Origin: Octopus sinensis
Taxonomy: Eukaryota
Length of the DNA stretch: 64,000 bases
Assembly (NCBI RefSeq): GCF_006345805.1
Contig: NC_043011.1
Coordinates: 51,472,464 to 51,536,463, forward strand
Direction of reading: 5' to 3'
Within the stretch, counting starts at the first letter, position 1, and each line of letters starts with the position of its first letter. Positions 40,070 through 54,259 of this stretch are shown in pieces. A program made the position numbers and the translations under genes. The notes below the pieces were generated by a model. That model was given only the letters and a program-made list of their open reading frames with translations, had not been told where the DNA came from and did no database searches.

Positions 40070-40360
40070 TGATAATATATGTAGCACTCGGTCAGTTACG
40101 ACAAACAGGGTTCCAGTTGATCTGATCAACAGGACAGCCGGCTTGTGAAATTAAGGAGAAAGTGGCTGAGTGCTCCATAGACACATGAACACTAAACAGG
40201 GATGTAGTTCAGCATGACAAAGGATGTGACAAGACTGGCCCTTTGAAATACTGGTACTACTAATTTTTGCCAGCTGAGTGGACAAGGATGCAATGTACCG
40301 TTGGGTATTGAACTCACGACCTCACAGTTGTGAGTTGAATGCCATAACCACTAAGCGATG
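40070..40360 (-). mobile_element. tRNA-derived SINE (different family)
   Basis: Minus strand has GCTTAGTGGTTATGG (A box) and GTGAGTTCAATACC (B box), CCACTCAGCTGGCAAAAA, and an (ATC)n tail. Confidence 0.6.
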
Positions 40361-40959
40361 CACCTTCACACACACACACACACACGTGTATGTATATATA
40401 TATATATATTTTTTCTTTTTTTTTTTCTTTTATTTTACTTGTTTCAGTCATTTGACTGCGGCCATGCTGGAGCACCGCCTTTAATCGAGCAACTCGACCC
40501 CGGGACCTATTCTTTTGTAAGCCCAGTACTTATTCTATCGGTCTGTTTTGCCGAACCGCTAAGTGACGGGGACGTAAACACACCAGCATCGGTTGTCAAG
40601 CAATGCTAGGGGGACAAGCACAGACACACAAACACATACATATATATACATATATACGACAGGCTTCTTTCAGTTTCCGTCTACCAAATCCACTCACAAG
40701 GCATTGGTCGGCCCGGGGCTATAGCAGAAGACACTTGCCCAAGATGCCACGCAGTGGGACTGAACCCGGAACCATGTGGTTGGTTAGCAAGCTACTTACC
40801 ACACAGCCACTCCTATAAAATATATGAAAGGTTTCTTTCTGTCTACCAAATCTAATCACAAAGCTTTGGTCAGTCCAAAGCTATAACAGAAGACACTTCC
40901 AAGTGCCAAAACTATGTGGTTGGGAAGCAAACTTCTTAACAACACAGCCGTGTCTGTAC

Positions 40960-40997
<38 letters not shown>

Positions 40998-41279
40998 ATT
41001 GACACACACATACATGTACATAGTTATGTGTGTGTGTATGTATATATATATATATGTATGTATAAATATATACACATGCATACACATCCACCAAGGTACA
41101 AACAAGGAAAGACATCAAATACACATACAGCAAATCACATGCATATGCATTTTAATAAGTGCTATACAGTTTTTATATTGCTGTAAGTGAATGCATGTGA
41201 ATGTGTGTGTGTGTGTGTGTGTATGTGCACGTGTGTGTATATATATACACACACACACATATATATTACATATATATAC

Positions 41280-41322
<43 letters not shown>

Positions 41323-44300
41323 GTGTGTGTGTGTGAGTGGGAGTTTGTGTCACTGAATGTTGGAGCATCTTGTGCAGTCTGCTGATGCAGTGAATGCAAG
41401 AGACTGCCGGTGGAGCACACTGAAACTATGGTAGCACATTGGATCATGAAACAGTTATTGATTTGTGCATGTGTCAGGCTTAACCTAGTTTTGACAGTTC
41501 TAATGTAAACACTGTGGGCAGCTAGTGATGATGGTGGCAGTGGCGGTGATGGTGGAGTTGGCTTGGAGATGGAATTGGTTTTGGGGGTGATGTACAGACA
41601 AAAGTAGAGAGATAGATGGATGGAAGAATGGACAGATAGACAGGAAGAGATGTGTGTGTGTGTGTGTGTGTGTGTTGTAGGCAGACAGGTATTTAAATGG
41701 AAAAAGAAATTGAGATGGCTATTTATGTCTCTGTGCATCTCTCTCTTTCTATATATATACATGTGTGTGGTGTGTGTGTGTGTGTGTGTATGTGTGTGTG
41801 TGAGTGTGTGTGTGTGTGTGTGTGTGTTGTGTGTGTGTGTGTGTGTGTGTAGCAAGAAGTTTGAAGGTAGCGACCTGGCAGAAACGTTAGCAGAGCGGGT
41901 GAAATGCTTAGCGTATTTCATCTGCAGTTACGTTCTGAGTTCAAATTCCACTGAGGTCGACTTTGCCTTTCATCCTTTCGGGGTCGATTAAATAAGTGCT
42001 AGTTACGCACTGGGGTTGATATAATCGACTTAACCTGTTTGTCTGTCCTTGTTTGTCCCCTCTGCGTGTAGCCCCCTTGTGAGCAGTAAAGAAATAAGAA
42101 GTTTGATTCCCAACCACATGGTTTCAGGTTCAGTCCCATAACATGATACCTTGGGCAAGTATTTTTTTACTGTGGTTCTAGGCCAACTAAAGCCCTGTGA
42201 GTGGATTTCGTAGATAGAAACTGAAAGAAGTCTGTCATATATACACATATACTTTTATATGTGTGTGTGTGCATGTGCATGTTTGTTCTCCACTGCTGTT
42301 TGATAACTGGGGTTGATTTGTTTGACTAAAACCTTTCAAGGTGGTGCCCCAGCATGGCCACAGTCCAATGACTGAAACAAATAAAGGATAAAAGATATAT
42401 ATATACACACACACACATTTCACCTTTTACTTGTTTTAGTAATTGGACTGTGGCTCAGCTGTAGCACTTCCATGAAGGGTTTTATGAAATAAATCATCTC
42501 CAATACATCATTTTGAAATCTGGAACTTATTCTATCAAACCCTTTTGCCAAACTGCTAAGCTACAGGGGACATAACAAGCCAACACTATCTGCATGCCTG
42601 AGGCAGAGAGACAAGGGATAGAAGGATGAGTGATAAAAAGGTGAGTGACAGGGAAATGGACATATGAAAAATGAGTGAGTATAAGCAGAGGATATATAGC
42701 TGAGTGATAAGGAAATTTGCTTTGCAACTTTATGGTTTTAACCGTTTAACATTCACATTATTCTGTTGAAAGTAATACTTTCAATTCATGTTGTTTTGAA
42801 TTAATCATGCATTATTTTGTAGCTTTGAGATTTTGATGAGATAACTGTTGATTTTTATAATGATTTTGTAGGGTTGATGTGAGAGGCAACATCTGACCAG
42901 TTTGAACATAAAACAGGCAGAATATTTTGGCTGGATTTGGCCAGTTTAAATGCTAAAGGATCAAGTCATGTCATTTTAGGCAAATGTCTTCTGTTATAGC
43001 TGCAAACTGACTAATGAGTGAACAATTGGATAATATTGTTCAAGGTATATTATATCTGAAAAAAGAGTTGGGATGGTCATAGTGGAAGTGCTTTTGATAA
43101 TAGTTTTGCTCTATTGATACCAAAATAGGCTAAGCAAGAACAACTCATATAGACAGGCAGACATTCATGTAGAGCAGTAGAGGATGAAGAAGAGAGGTGA
43201 ATGAAGAATAGATGTGTATGGAAGATGAAAATTGCAACAAATGTAAGTCAATATGATAGCCAATGTCTTTTAGTGTCATGTATTGTGTTGTAGTGATTTT
43301 GCTGTTTAATTGAAGAATTAGGTCTTTCATCAAAAGTCATCCAACTTTGCCTGTCCCTTATTTTCGAACATAGTGTCTCTAAGGTTACATTATTGAATGT
43401 ATCCTTCCTTTATGGAAACAATTGTGAGTAATTTGAAGAAGATTTGGAGATTATTTCTAGTGGATCATGTAGAGATTCTCTCAGTGGCTTGTTATACTGT
43501 ATTGTATAGTATTATATGATGTCATAGTGTGTTATGTTATCATTGTTGTGATATCATATAATGTTGCATTATGTTGTATGTACTGATAACATTAAATACC
43601 AATAACAGAAAAAACAAAAACAAAGTTTCTCCAAAATAAGTGTCAGAGTCAACCATATACGATGATCTGGGTCAGTCCACTTACAACAGGAGATTACTCT
43701 AACACACCAAAGGCAAATGTATTCTCGCAGGTCTTACCACCAATCTGAACCTACCAAGTTAGAGTAAGCCCATTCAGCTACACCTATTTTACCACTCTTT
43801 GGCCACATTATGCTACAATTGTAGTGAGAAATGCATTGTTGGATAACAATAATGATAAGAATGATCACTTCTTTCATAGGCACAAAGCCAGAAATTTTTT
43901 GGAGAAAGGGCGAGAACAAGAACAATAATAACTGTTTCTGATTTAGAGACAAGGCTAGCAGTTTTTAGGAGAAAGACTTAGTTGACACTATCTACTCCAG
44001 TACTTGACTGATACTCTATTTTATTGACCCTGGAGGGATGAAAAGCAAAGTTGACCACAGCAACAATTTGAATTGAGAATGTAAAAAGTGGGAATAAATA
44101 GCACAAAGCATTTAGCACAAACAAAAACAACAAAAATGATGATAATAATAATAATAATAATAATATAATAATAATAATAATAATAATTATTATTATTATT
44201 ATTATAATAATGTATCCAAGACGAGATTTGATAGTGAATTGGCTAAATAGTGAATAATGATATAATAATAGTGAATTGGCTAAAAACAATATAATGAGAT

Positions 44301-45066
44301 TTTGCATTTGATTTGCGAGATTCCACACACATACAAGCATGCATATATACAGGCATAAGACCAATTTTCAGACAGACTCAGACCAGACCTTGGAGTGAGA
44401 GGGGAAGTCACTAATTCACTGAAAAGGTCATGATTCTGCCAAACAACTGCCCTTAACATTTGTTTCTAATGTAGGCACAAGGCCAGCAATTTTGAGGGAA
44501 AGGAACCAGTGACTAGCACTAATCCCAGTGCTTGACTAGTACTTTATTTTATTGACTTCAGTGGGATGAATAATAAAGTTGACCTCAGGGGGATGTGAGC
44601 CCAGAATGTAAAAATGCAGGAACAAAAACTGCAAGATATTTAATCTGACATATTAATTATTCTGTCTAATAATAATAATAATAATAGTTTCAAATTTTGG
44701 CATAAGGACAGAAATTCTAAGGTACGTGCTAAGTAGATTACATCAACCCCAGTGATGAACTGGTAACTATTTTATTATTGCAAAAGCAGGAAAAGCAAGT
44801 TGACCTTCATAGAATTTGATTTCAGAATGTAAACAGCTCAAAGAAATACCTCTTAACATTTTGTCCATCTCTAATAATAATAATGATTTCAAATTTTGAC
44901 ACAAGAACAGCAGGTTTGGAAGAGGGGGTTAAGTTGAGTACATTCACCTCAGAGTTTAACTGGTACAAAGTTGACCACAATGGAATTTGAACTTAGAATG
45001 TAAAGGTGGAAGAAATACCACAAAGCATTTTGCCTGGCATGCTAATGATACTGCTAGCTCATTACT

Positions 45067-45100
<34 letters not shown>

Positions 45101-45130
45101 TGATGATGATGATGATGGTGGTGGTGGAAG

Positions 45131-46300
45131 CTCAAGACTGAAAGCAGAGACTGAAAGTTTCATATTGGCTGCACAAGATCAAAGCTTGCTTATCAAAGAC
45201 TACCAGGCTAATGTTCTTCAAAACGGTTCTGACCCTAAATGCAGATTCTGTGATAAATTTGATGAAACAATAGACCATCTTGTCTCAGGATGTCCTGCAC
45301 TGACACCAAACGAATACAAAAATCGCCACGATAGGGTAGGACAGTATTTACACTAGAAAATATGTAAACACTACAAAACCAGCACCCCTGCTTACTGGTA
45401 TGAGCATCATCCTGAGCCAGTCTTTGAAGGTAAAAATGTCACTATCCTCTGGGATTTTCCAGTCAACATTGACAGACCAATCCAGGCTAATCGACCAGAC
45501 ATAGCCATTAAAGACAGGGAAGAAAATACTTGAAGACTAATAGATGTAAGTGTTCCCACTGATAAAAATATATTTGTAAAGGAATTTGACAAATTAAGTA
45601 AATATAAGGACCTGGAAATTGAAATACAAAAAATGTGGCATCTTAAAGTGAGAACTGTTCCTGTTATTGTGGGTACCCTAGGTATGATAAGAAAGTGATG
45701 TCAGAAACATCTAGATAATATCTCAGGAGAACCATGTCTCAGATAAATCCAAAAGATTGTGCTGACAAGTACTGCCTACATCCTTAGAAAAACCTTATCA
45801 ATTTAAATATCTGTGTTGTATTACATGAAGCTATTTCACAACTGTCCCTGTTACTTCTCCTCCCCAAGCTTTCAATCATACTGTATGTTTTAATGTGGAC
45901 CCTTGTCCACTTGTATGTCATTGTTGGCATTGTAATATTCTTGTCACCACTATTAAGTTGTAATGGTATTCCGTGTCTATTTAGCTTTGACTTGTCTATC
46001 ATGCTATCACTGACATCTCTGCAAGACAATGACTTTGAAACATCTACCTTGACAGTAATTCAAACTTGTATACATCACGTAACTGACACTGACTCCAACT
46101 GAAAACTCATATGACTCTTCTGCTACTACTGACCTCCTACAATGACTGACTGTCTGGCTTTATAGTGGCCTACACATACCACTTTGTCATGTGGGAAAGG
46201 GAGTACCATTTTCACTGTAACATCTCTTATCCTTCCCTTGCCCTAAGATGCTGGGTATGTCTCAGCAAGTGATTGTAACAAACATGCAGATTAAAAGTAA
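45131..46300 (+). pseudogene. R4/Dong-type non-LTR retrotransposon 3' fragment (CCHC knuckle plus restriction-like endonuclease)
   Basis: LKAETESFILAAQDQ, CRFC..ETIDHLVSGC, RHDRV, ILWDF, NRPDI..IDVSVP, KY.DL, VPVIVGTLG. ORF ends TAA at 45806. (TAA)n at both ends. Confidence 0.9.
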
Positions 46301-48189
46301 ATAATAATAATAATAATAATAATAATAATCCTTTCTACTATAGGCACAAGGCCTGAAATTTTTTGGGGAAGGGGACTAGTTGATTACATCAACTCCAGTG
46401 TTTCACTGTACTTAATTTATCGATTCTAAAAGGATGTGGGGCAAAGTCAACCGTGGCAGAATTTGAACTCGGAATGTAGTGATGGGTGAAATACCACTAA
46501 GCATTTTGACCGGCGTGCTAATGATTCTTATTTCTTTAATGCCCACAAGGAGCTAAACATAGAGGGGACAAACGGGCAGACAAAGGGATTAAGTCGATTT
46601 CATTGTCCCCAGTGCGTAACTGGTACTTAATTTATCAACCCCGAAAGGATGAAAGGCAAAGTCGACCGTGGCAGAATTTGAACTCAGAACGAAACGGCAG
46701 ACGAAATACTGCTAAGCATTTTGCCTGGCGTGCTAACGTTTCTGCCAGCTCACCGCCTTCGACATGCTAATGATTCTGCTAGCTCACTGCCTTAAAAAAT
46801 AAATAAATAAATGAAATAATAATAATGGCTTCTTTTATTGCAATAAGGGTGTTGCATGAGGGAACAAAAGGTGAAATTATACAAAATGTTGGGCTTACAT
46901 TGAAGATGATGATGATCATCATCATTATGGTGATTCTGAGGTTGATGATTTATGTATTTGTTAAATAATAATAATTATTATTATAATGCAAGCGTAAACA
47001 CTACAGCAAGATTTTTACAAACACTGTAACAGGTTGTAACATAACACTTTTGACCAATTTTGTCGTCAGTCAACGAGAGGCCGTTAATTAAAGCTAATGT
47101 AAATCAAACGATCTAGTTTGATTGGCACTTATCATTTGACAGAGAGAGAAAGAGGTGGGGAATACAAAAAGAAGAGAGAGAGACAGAGGAGGAGGAGAAC
47201 AAACAGAAAGAGTAGGAGGTTGTGATAGAATTGTTGTGTGCATGTGTGTATGTGTGTGTTGATTAATCAGTCTGAAATGTCTTAGAGCTGAGATTAGTCT
47301 CCTTTCACAGCAAACACTAAGAGGATTGCAGTGGTGATGGTAGAGGTGGTGGTTGTAGTGGTGAGTTCCAGTTAGACCTTTGCAGATACAATCGCTTTTT
47401 GTTCAATTAAGGAGATTATGTGAAAACGGTGTAATCTTGTCACTGCAGTCTGACGTCTTAAGAAAGGATTGGTTACATCGGAGAAGAACAAGTGAGTTTC
47501 AGTTGATGTATTAAAGGAGACACATTGAAGTAATGGTCATTAGGTTCTCGTCAGAAGGACTGAACGTTGTAGCTTGTGGTTACGTTGTGTAAAGAATGAG
47601 TGGCTAACCAAGACAGTAGCATGTTAGACAAACAAACAAGACTTTAGTAGTTCATATCCTGTAACCATCACTGTATTTATTGTACGTGAGTCCAAAACAT
47701 CTGACTCTCAAATGGTAAATGCACCAAGCTTTGTGGTTCTCAGCACTTTTGTAGCTCAGTGCTGCAATTCAGTAAATGGATTTTACAAACATCCCCTATT
47801 TCAGTGGCAGTGGCAGCTGCCAGTGATTAGGGAGTGATGGTGATATCATCATCATCATCATCATCGTTTAGCATCTGTTTTCCATGCTAGCATGGGTTGG
47901 ACGGTTCAACTGGGGTCTGTGAAGCCGGAAGGCTTCATCAGGCCCAGTCAGATCTGGCAGTGTTTCTACGGCTGGATGCCCTTCCTAACGCCAACCACTC
48001 CGTGAGTGTAGTGGGTGCTTTTTACGTGCTACCCGCACAGGTGCCAGACAGAGCTGGCAAACGGCCACGAACGGATGGTGCTTTTATGTGCCACCGGCAC
48101 GGGGGCCAGGCGAGGCTGGCAACGGACACAAACGGATGGTGCTTTTTATGTGCCACCGGAAATATATATTAAAAAAAACAAAACATCAA

Positions 48190-48620
48190 CAATGGAATCG
48201 GGGCCAATGAGTAGCTGATTTGGGGCCAATGATTATGGAATGTTAGTGAATTGGGGCCAGCAGTTAGAAAGTGTTGGTGAGTTGGGGGCCAATGGCTAGG
48301 GAGTGTTAATGAATTGGGGCCAGTAGTTAGGGAGTGTTGATGAATTGGGGATAATGGTTAAGGAGTTCTGGTGAATTTGGGCCAGTTCTTAAAGAGGGCT
48401 GGTGAGCTGGGGACAGTGATTAGGGAGTATTGGTGATTTGGAGGCTAATGGATAGCAAGCGTCGACAATTCAAAGCCAATGATTAGGAAGCATGAGTAAA
48501 TTGGGGCCAATGTTAAGGAATGTTGATGATTTGGGGGTCACCGATTAAAGAGTGTTGGTGAGGTCACCAATGGAGTAATAGTTAAGGGACTCTTGGTGAA
48601 TTTGTAAGTCAGACTTAATT
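48190..48620. repeat. About 33-bp minisatellite
   Basis: Roughly 13 degenerate copies of GAATTGGGGCCAATGGTTAGGGAGTGTTGGT. Confidence 0.85.
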
Positions 48621-49147
48621 GGTTAAGAGGTTTAACACCTGTAAAATTTTGATAATCTGATCCCCACCCACCAAAACTCAAAACATCCCTTAAAAAAAAT
48701 CAGAATTCCAGTTAAATGGAAAAGCTGGAGAGGTGGAAATATATTTTGCTATCCAGTAATAAACGCAAGAAATACATTAAGAATCTCAACTCTTATCAAT
48801 GTGGATGATAATGACAATAATAAATGCATCAAATGAAAGGAATAAACGAATAAAACGATTAATAAATGACCACTTGGTATCTCAAACAAGTGTAGCATTA
48901 ATCAGCCAGCTTTAAGAGTTAATTATAATTGTTATAGAATTAGAAGAATGGTACAGAAGATAATGGTATATCTGTGATATAGCTGGCTTCTTGTAAAGAA
49001 GAACAAACTTTTACTGGTTGATGGAGGAGGCTTCAGTTTTGAGAGATAATATAACATTTCCCCAGCCCTGATAACCACAGGGTACCTTTTGTTACTTGGA
49101 TGGTACTCCATACTGACAGGGGGAGATAAACAGTGTGTGTGTGTGTA

Positions 49148-49203
<56 letters not shown>

Positions 49204-49578
49204 AGTAAAGGAGTGAATGAATGAGAGAGCAAAGTACGGAGAAAGAGGGAGACAGAGAGAAAGGTAGGGAGATAGAGAGAGAGTGTGTATGCCTGAGAAA
49301 GTGAAGCTAGTAAATGAATGAAAAAGAGAAAGTAAAAGAATGGGAGAGAGAGAGAGAGGGAGAGAGAAAGAGAGTGTGTGAGAGAGAGAGAGAGAGAGTG
49401 AGTGAGTGAGGAAGATATAAGAAAAAAGAGAGGGAGACAAGCAAATAGTTTTGCAGAAGCTGATGATGATGGTACTTAGAAAACATGATGAGTGCAGCTG
49501 AAGTATGGTCACTTCCTGTAATGCCAGCATCAATGTATTCAATATAGTGGAAGACAATTTGAAGAATGCAGTGTGGAA

Positions 49579-49617
<39 letters not shown>

Positions 49618-50409
49618 GGGAGAGAGGGGAGAGGGAGAGAGAGTAGTGGTGGTGGCATTGGTAATAGTAGTAGTGGTAGTAGTAGAATGACAATAGGTGG
49701 CATCAGTGGCAATATCTGAGGTGATGTGGATGACACTGATGATGACATAAACACAGTATCACTGGTATTAACATGCTTCAGAGAATATCACATTAATAAA
49801 TGGGGAAATATCTAGATCAACACAGCTATAACACTACAAGGTGTGGGATTTCACAAATGTAACAATACAAGAAGGATATGACAATGATAGCAATAAATGA
49901 TGTTCTTTTCTACTCTAGGCACAAGGCCTGAAATTTTGGGGGAGGGGGCCAGTCAATTAGATCAACTGGTACTTAATTTATCGACCCCGAAAGGACGAAA
50001 GGCTAAGTCAACCTCAGCGGAATTTGAACTCAGAACGTAAAGACAGATGAAATACCTCTAAACATTTCGCCTGGAGTGCTAACGTTTCTGCCAGCTCGCC
50101 ACCTTAATAGCAATAAATGATATTCTAGAAAGATATTACAGCTACAGTAGAAACGATTACTTAAAAAAAGGTCATTACACTTAGGAAACTGAATAACAAA
50201 GATATAATGAGCCTATGAGGGGCCTCTGAGAGGTCACTTGAGATGCAAGAAATAGTAGCAAAATACCCCTCAAACACAACTGTTTTGTTAAAGGATATAT
50301 TGGATACTGTGGTCTGGCAGAAAAGGTTCTATGTTCATGGTTGGAATACTTTTAATCATAGATCTACTTGATCAGAGTTTACCTGGGGCTAAATAGTAAC
50401 AAGAACAAT

Positions 50410-50554
50410 TATAAGGTTGTCCCAAAAGTTCGTAGAAAGTCTTGGAAAATAATGGTCTTTATTTTGAGGAATAATTTTTGTTGTTTTTGTTAGTACTTGG
50501 CGAGTAAAAATTCAATTTTCGCAAGTGTTTACGAACTTTTGGGACAACCTAATA
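50410..50554. mobile_element. Mariner-type MITE
   Basis: TIRs TATAAGGTTGTCCCAAAAGTTCGTA / TACGAACTTTTGGGACAACCTAATA in TA context. Confidence 0.85.
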
Positions 50555-50574
50555 TAATAGTTGCATTGCAGGCC

Positions 50575-51020
50575 TTGCCTGAACTCTACAAAGCTCAGAT
50601 AATGCCCATGATGGAGTTCTGCCCTCATGTCCGGGGACAGTGCTGCTGCTGCTGCTGCATATAGAGAGAACCTGACTGCACTCTCAAAAGGACCATTTGA
50701 CTGACTGACGTAAAATCTCTGACAGACATGCTCTAGCTTTTAGCCTTGTCTCTCTGGTCTTCCCACTACCGCTATAATGGTTTCTGATCTCAGATCTAGA
50801 TGGGCATATTTCACCTTCATTCAAGCATTCTCATCACACCTGCCTCTTCTCTTCTCATTAGTCTTGTTGTGTACAAAACTCAGATCTTGCACTAATGACT
50901 CCATTTAGTCTGCTCTTCCTTCTCAGAAAAATCAGCTCTCAGGAATTTCTTCCCTGTTCATGCTTTTCTCACAGGTGTTGACTTACAAATGTTCAAGAAG
51001 AAGATTAATGACATCGGTCT
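50575..51020 (+). pseudogene. CR1/L2/Jockey-group LINE 3' fragment
   Basis: LYKAQIMPMMEFCPHV (compare LYKAQIRP.LEYCS), YRYNGF and DLQMFKKKIN terminal motifs, frameshifted. Confidence 0.65.
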
Positions 51021-51027
51021 CTCTACT

Positions 51028-51438
51028 CTAGGGTGGGGGATATCCTGCAAATCATGGCTACTACTGCTTCTTACATCACATCTATAATACCGATTCACTG
51101 CTTCCATATTAATCTTATGTCAAAATTTTACTGAAAATTTTCAACATGTGCTCCATCTGTATCCCTGCAAATTTCAAATCTATCTTTAGTGCTGCAAAAG
51201 ACACTTCAAAGCATTTTAGGAGCTATCTCCTGCACTGCTAACTGAATACCAACTGAAGTTCAGCTAAACTATTGTCCCTGGGGATGGAAGTAGAGAAAAT
51301 GATTGCAGCCAAATTGAAAAAAATAAAAAATTGATAGTTTTAACACATATTAAATATGATAAACATAAATAAAAGTCAGTTTTTAAAAATATTGTCCAAT
51401 TTTCACTGAAATAAATAGTAATTCTGGGACACCCTGTA
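51028..51438. mobile_element. Tc1-like remnant
   Basis: 3' end GGGACACCCTG|TA; 5' end degenerate. Confidence 0.4.
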
Positions 51439-53218
51439 TATTAGAGACAATATCTACAAAGATATTGCAATTATAAAACTAAGAGCACTTAAAAGGATAT
51501 CATGGTTGTGATGGAGAGATTAATTAGATTATTGTTTATAAAATTTCTGAAAAGATACTGCCGCAGTTACAAAATAGATAGAATATGAAGAAGGATTTTC
51601 TGTTTATAATTGAGAATATTAAAACAGATACGAAAATTATTTCTTGTGATGATGATATACCATTGATAATATTAGGCATATTTAGGATATTTAGGGTGGA
51701 GAAAATATTGAAAATAATAAAGAAAATACAAAACCAAAATTCAAGCTTCATGTGAACAGTCACCTGGCTAGAAATAGCAGCAAAATCTCCCCCCAACAAG
51801 CACCTTTAACAAAATGAATAACACATTAGATGATGTAACCCTAGATACACTATGGCTGAATAGAAGATAGGAAGATCAACACTAGGATGCCTTTGATTAT
51901 AAAATCTATTTGATTAGGATTGATCTCTGAGCTGAACAACAATAAAAACAAAATACCCAAAACTGTATCACAGCTATAATATACGAGATATATATATTAT
52001 TTACATATATTCTGTATTATGTTCTATAATATATATGACTGAAAGGATATCATAGTTATAAATGATATATAAAGGAATATGACACAAGGAGTAGGGATTT
52101 CACTCTTTAGTGGAGATTCTATTATGTTCATGCCTTTTTTGGCACGTAAAAAGCACCATCCGTTCGTGGCTGTTGTCAGCCTCGCCTGGCCCCCGTGCCG
52201 GTGGCACATAAAAAGCACCATCCGATCGTGGCCATTTGCCAGACTCGTCTGGCACCTGCGCCGTAAAAAGCACCCACTACACTCATGGAGTGGTTGGTGT
52301 TAGGAAGGGCATCCAGTCGTAGAAACATTGCCAAATCAAACTGGGCCTGGTGCAGCCTTCTGGCTTCCCAGACCCCAGTTGAACCGTCCAAACCCATGCT
52401 AGCATGGAAAGCAGCCAGAATCCGTCAAATCATACCCTACCATCTTAAAAGAAAATTGTCCCTTTGAAATGATATAATTCTTGATATACAAAGACACTGG
52501 ATAGTCACAGCAGGAACCCCTTTGAAAATAGTTTAGAGCTGACTTGTGTTAAACAACAACATTAACAGGGTAAGTGAAATGAAGTGCAACTTGAAACATA
52601 AATGGACATAACTTGTACCTAAATATAACTTGTAGCTGTTTAAATGCAGAGGAGACTGACCATGATTTGGTTCTAGATTTTCTGTAATAGGCACAGGAGT
52701 GGCTGTGTGGTAAGTAGCTTGCTTACCAACCACATGGTTCCAGGTTCAGTCCCACTGTGTGGCACCTTGGGCAAGTGTCTTCTACTATAGCCTCGGGCCA
52801 ACCAAAGCCTTATGAGTGGATTTGGTAGATGGAAACTGAAAGAAGCCCGTCATACATATGTATATATATATATGTATGTGTGTATATGTTTGTGTGTATA
52901 TGTTTGTGTGTCTATGTTTGTCCCCCCAACATCGCTTCACAACCAATGCTGACGTGTTTACGTTCCTGTAACTTAGCAGTTCGGCAAAAGAGACTGATGG
53001 AATAAGTACTAGGCTTCCAAAGAATAAGTCCTGGGGTTGATTTGCTCAACTAAAGGTGGTGCTCCAGCATGGCTGTAGTCAAATGACTGAAACAAGTAAA
53101 AGAGTAAAGAGTAATAGCATCTAATCAGTTGTAAAAATTTGTACTATTCACAGATTTCCTCCTCCTATTTCTACAAATCTTAAGGCCCTACAAAAGGGGC
53201 CACAGACACTGTCCTTCA

Positions 53219-53272
53219 TTCACTGATGAAGCGGCAAATAAACAAATAAACTTAAAATTGTGAAATTTTGGT
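53219..53272 (+). ncRNA. Weaker candidate minimal hammerhead motif
   Basis: TCA-CTGATGA-A-GCGG..TTGT-GAAA-TTT/TGG; stem II pairs mostly by G-U. Confidence 0.35.
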
Positions 53273-54090
53273 AGTTTTTGCTAAATTCCAATTTCTTCCA
53301 TAAAGTTAGATTTAATACAAAATTCTTTACACAGCAAAACTAAATTATATTTTGGATATTATCACAAGTGGTTTACTTTAAAGAAATGCACCTTTGACTC
53401 CAAGGGCTCGTCAATGTCAGTGAACAGTTCTCCAATTTCAATACCATTAACCAAATTTACATTGTTTTAAATTCACAATACCACCAAATGAAATGGTATG
53501 CGTAACAAACTTTAACAAATCTAATAAATGACCAATAGACTTCGTATAAATCTTGTGGTGACTTACTTCACTGAAAGTCCGTCTGACAAGAGAAGCAAGG
53601 GGAATTTAAAATGAAACCAATAATTACATTTGAAATTCAAACCAGTAGAGCCATGTCAGGAATAAAAATAAAAAAAAAAAGACAGTAATCTGATAAGATA
53701 TGAACAAGTGAACTAAGATCTCTGACAGGAATGTTTATGAAGTATTAAATTGGTGAGTGTGGTTTACAACGGAGATAGATTGCAGGCTAGGTTGTTGTGG
53801 CATGTACTTACTTATATACATACGTATTTATCTACCTCTATCCATCGGAGAGTATGCATACATGTGTACATGTATGTGTATGCATGAGTGTGCATATGTG
53901 TGTGTATATATATAAATAGGTATGTGTGTATGTGTGTCGGTGTATACACACACATTATATATCTATATTTATATACACCTATTTATATATATTATATATT
54001 TATATCTATATGCATATATATGTGTGTGCGAGTATATGTTTGTACATATGTATATATGCATGTGTGTGCATATATGCATATGATATATAT

Positions 54091-54142
<52 letters not shown>

Positions 54143-54206
54143 ATATATATCTATATGTGTACATGTATGTACACATGTGCATATATACATATATATGTAT
54201 GCATCG

Positions 54207-54259
<53 letters not shown>

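Noticed and set aside
47040-47560. Minus-strand CTGACGA hits near 47063 and 47548
   Set aside because: No compatible GAAA, NUH and stem I arrangement.
48190-48620. CRISPR-like 33-bp repeats
   Set aside because: Head-to-tail degenerate units without unique spacers, in a eukaryotic context with no cas genes.
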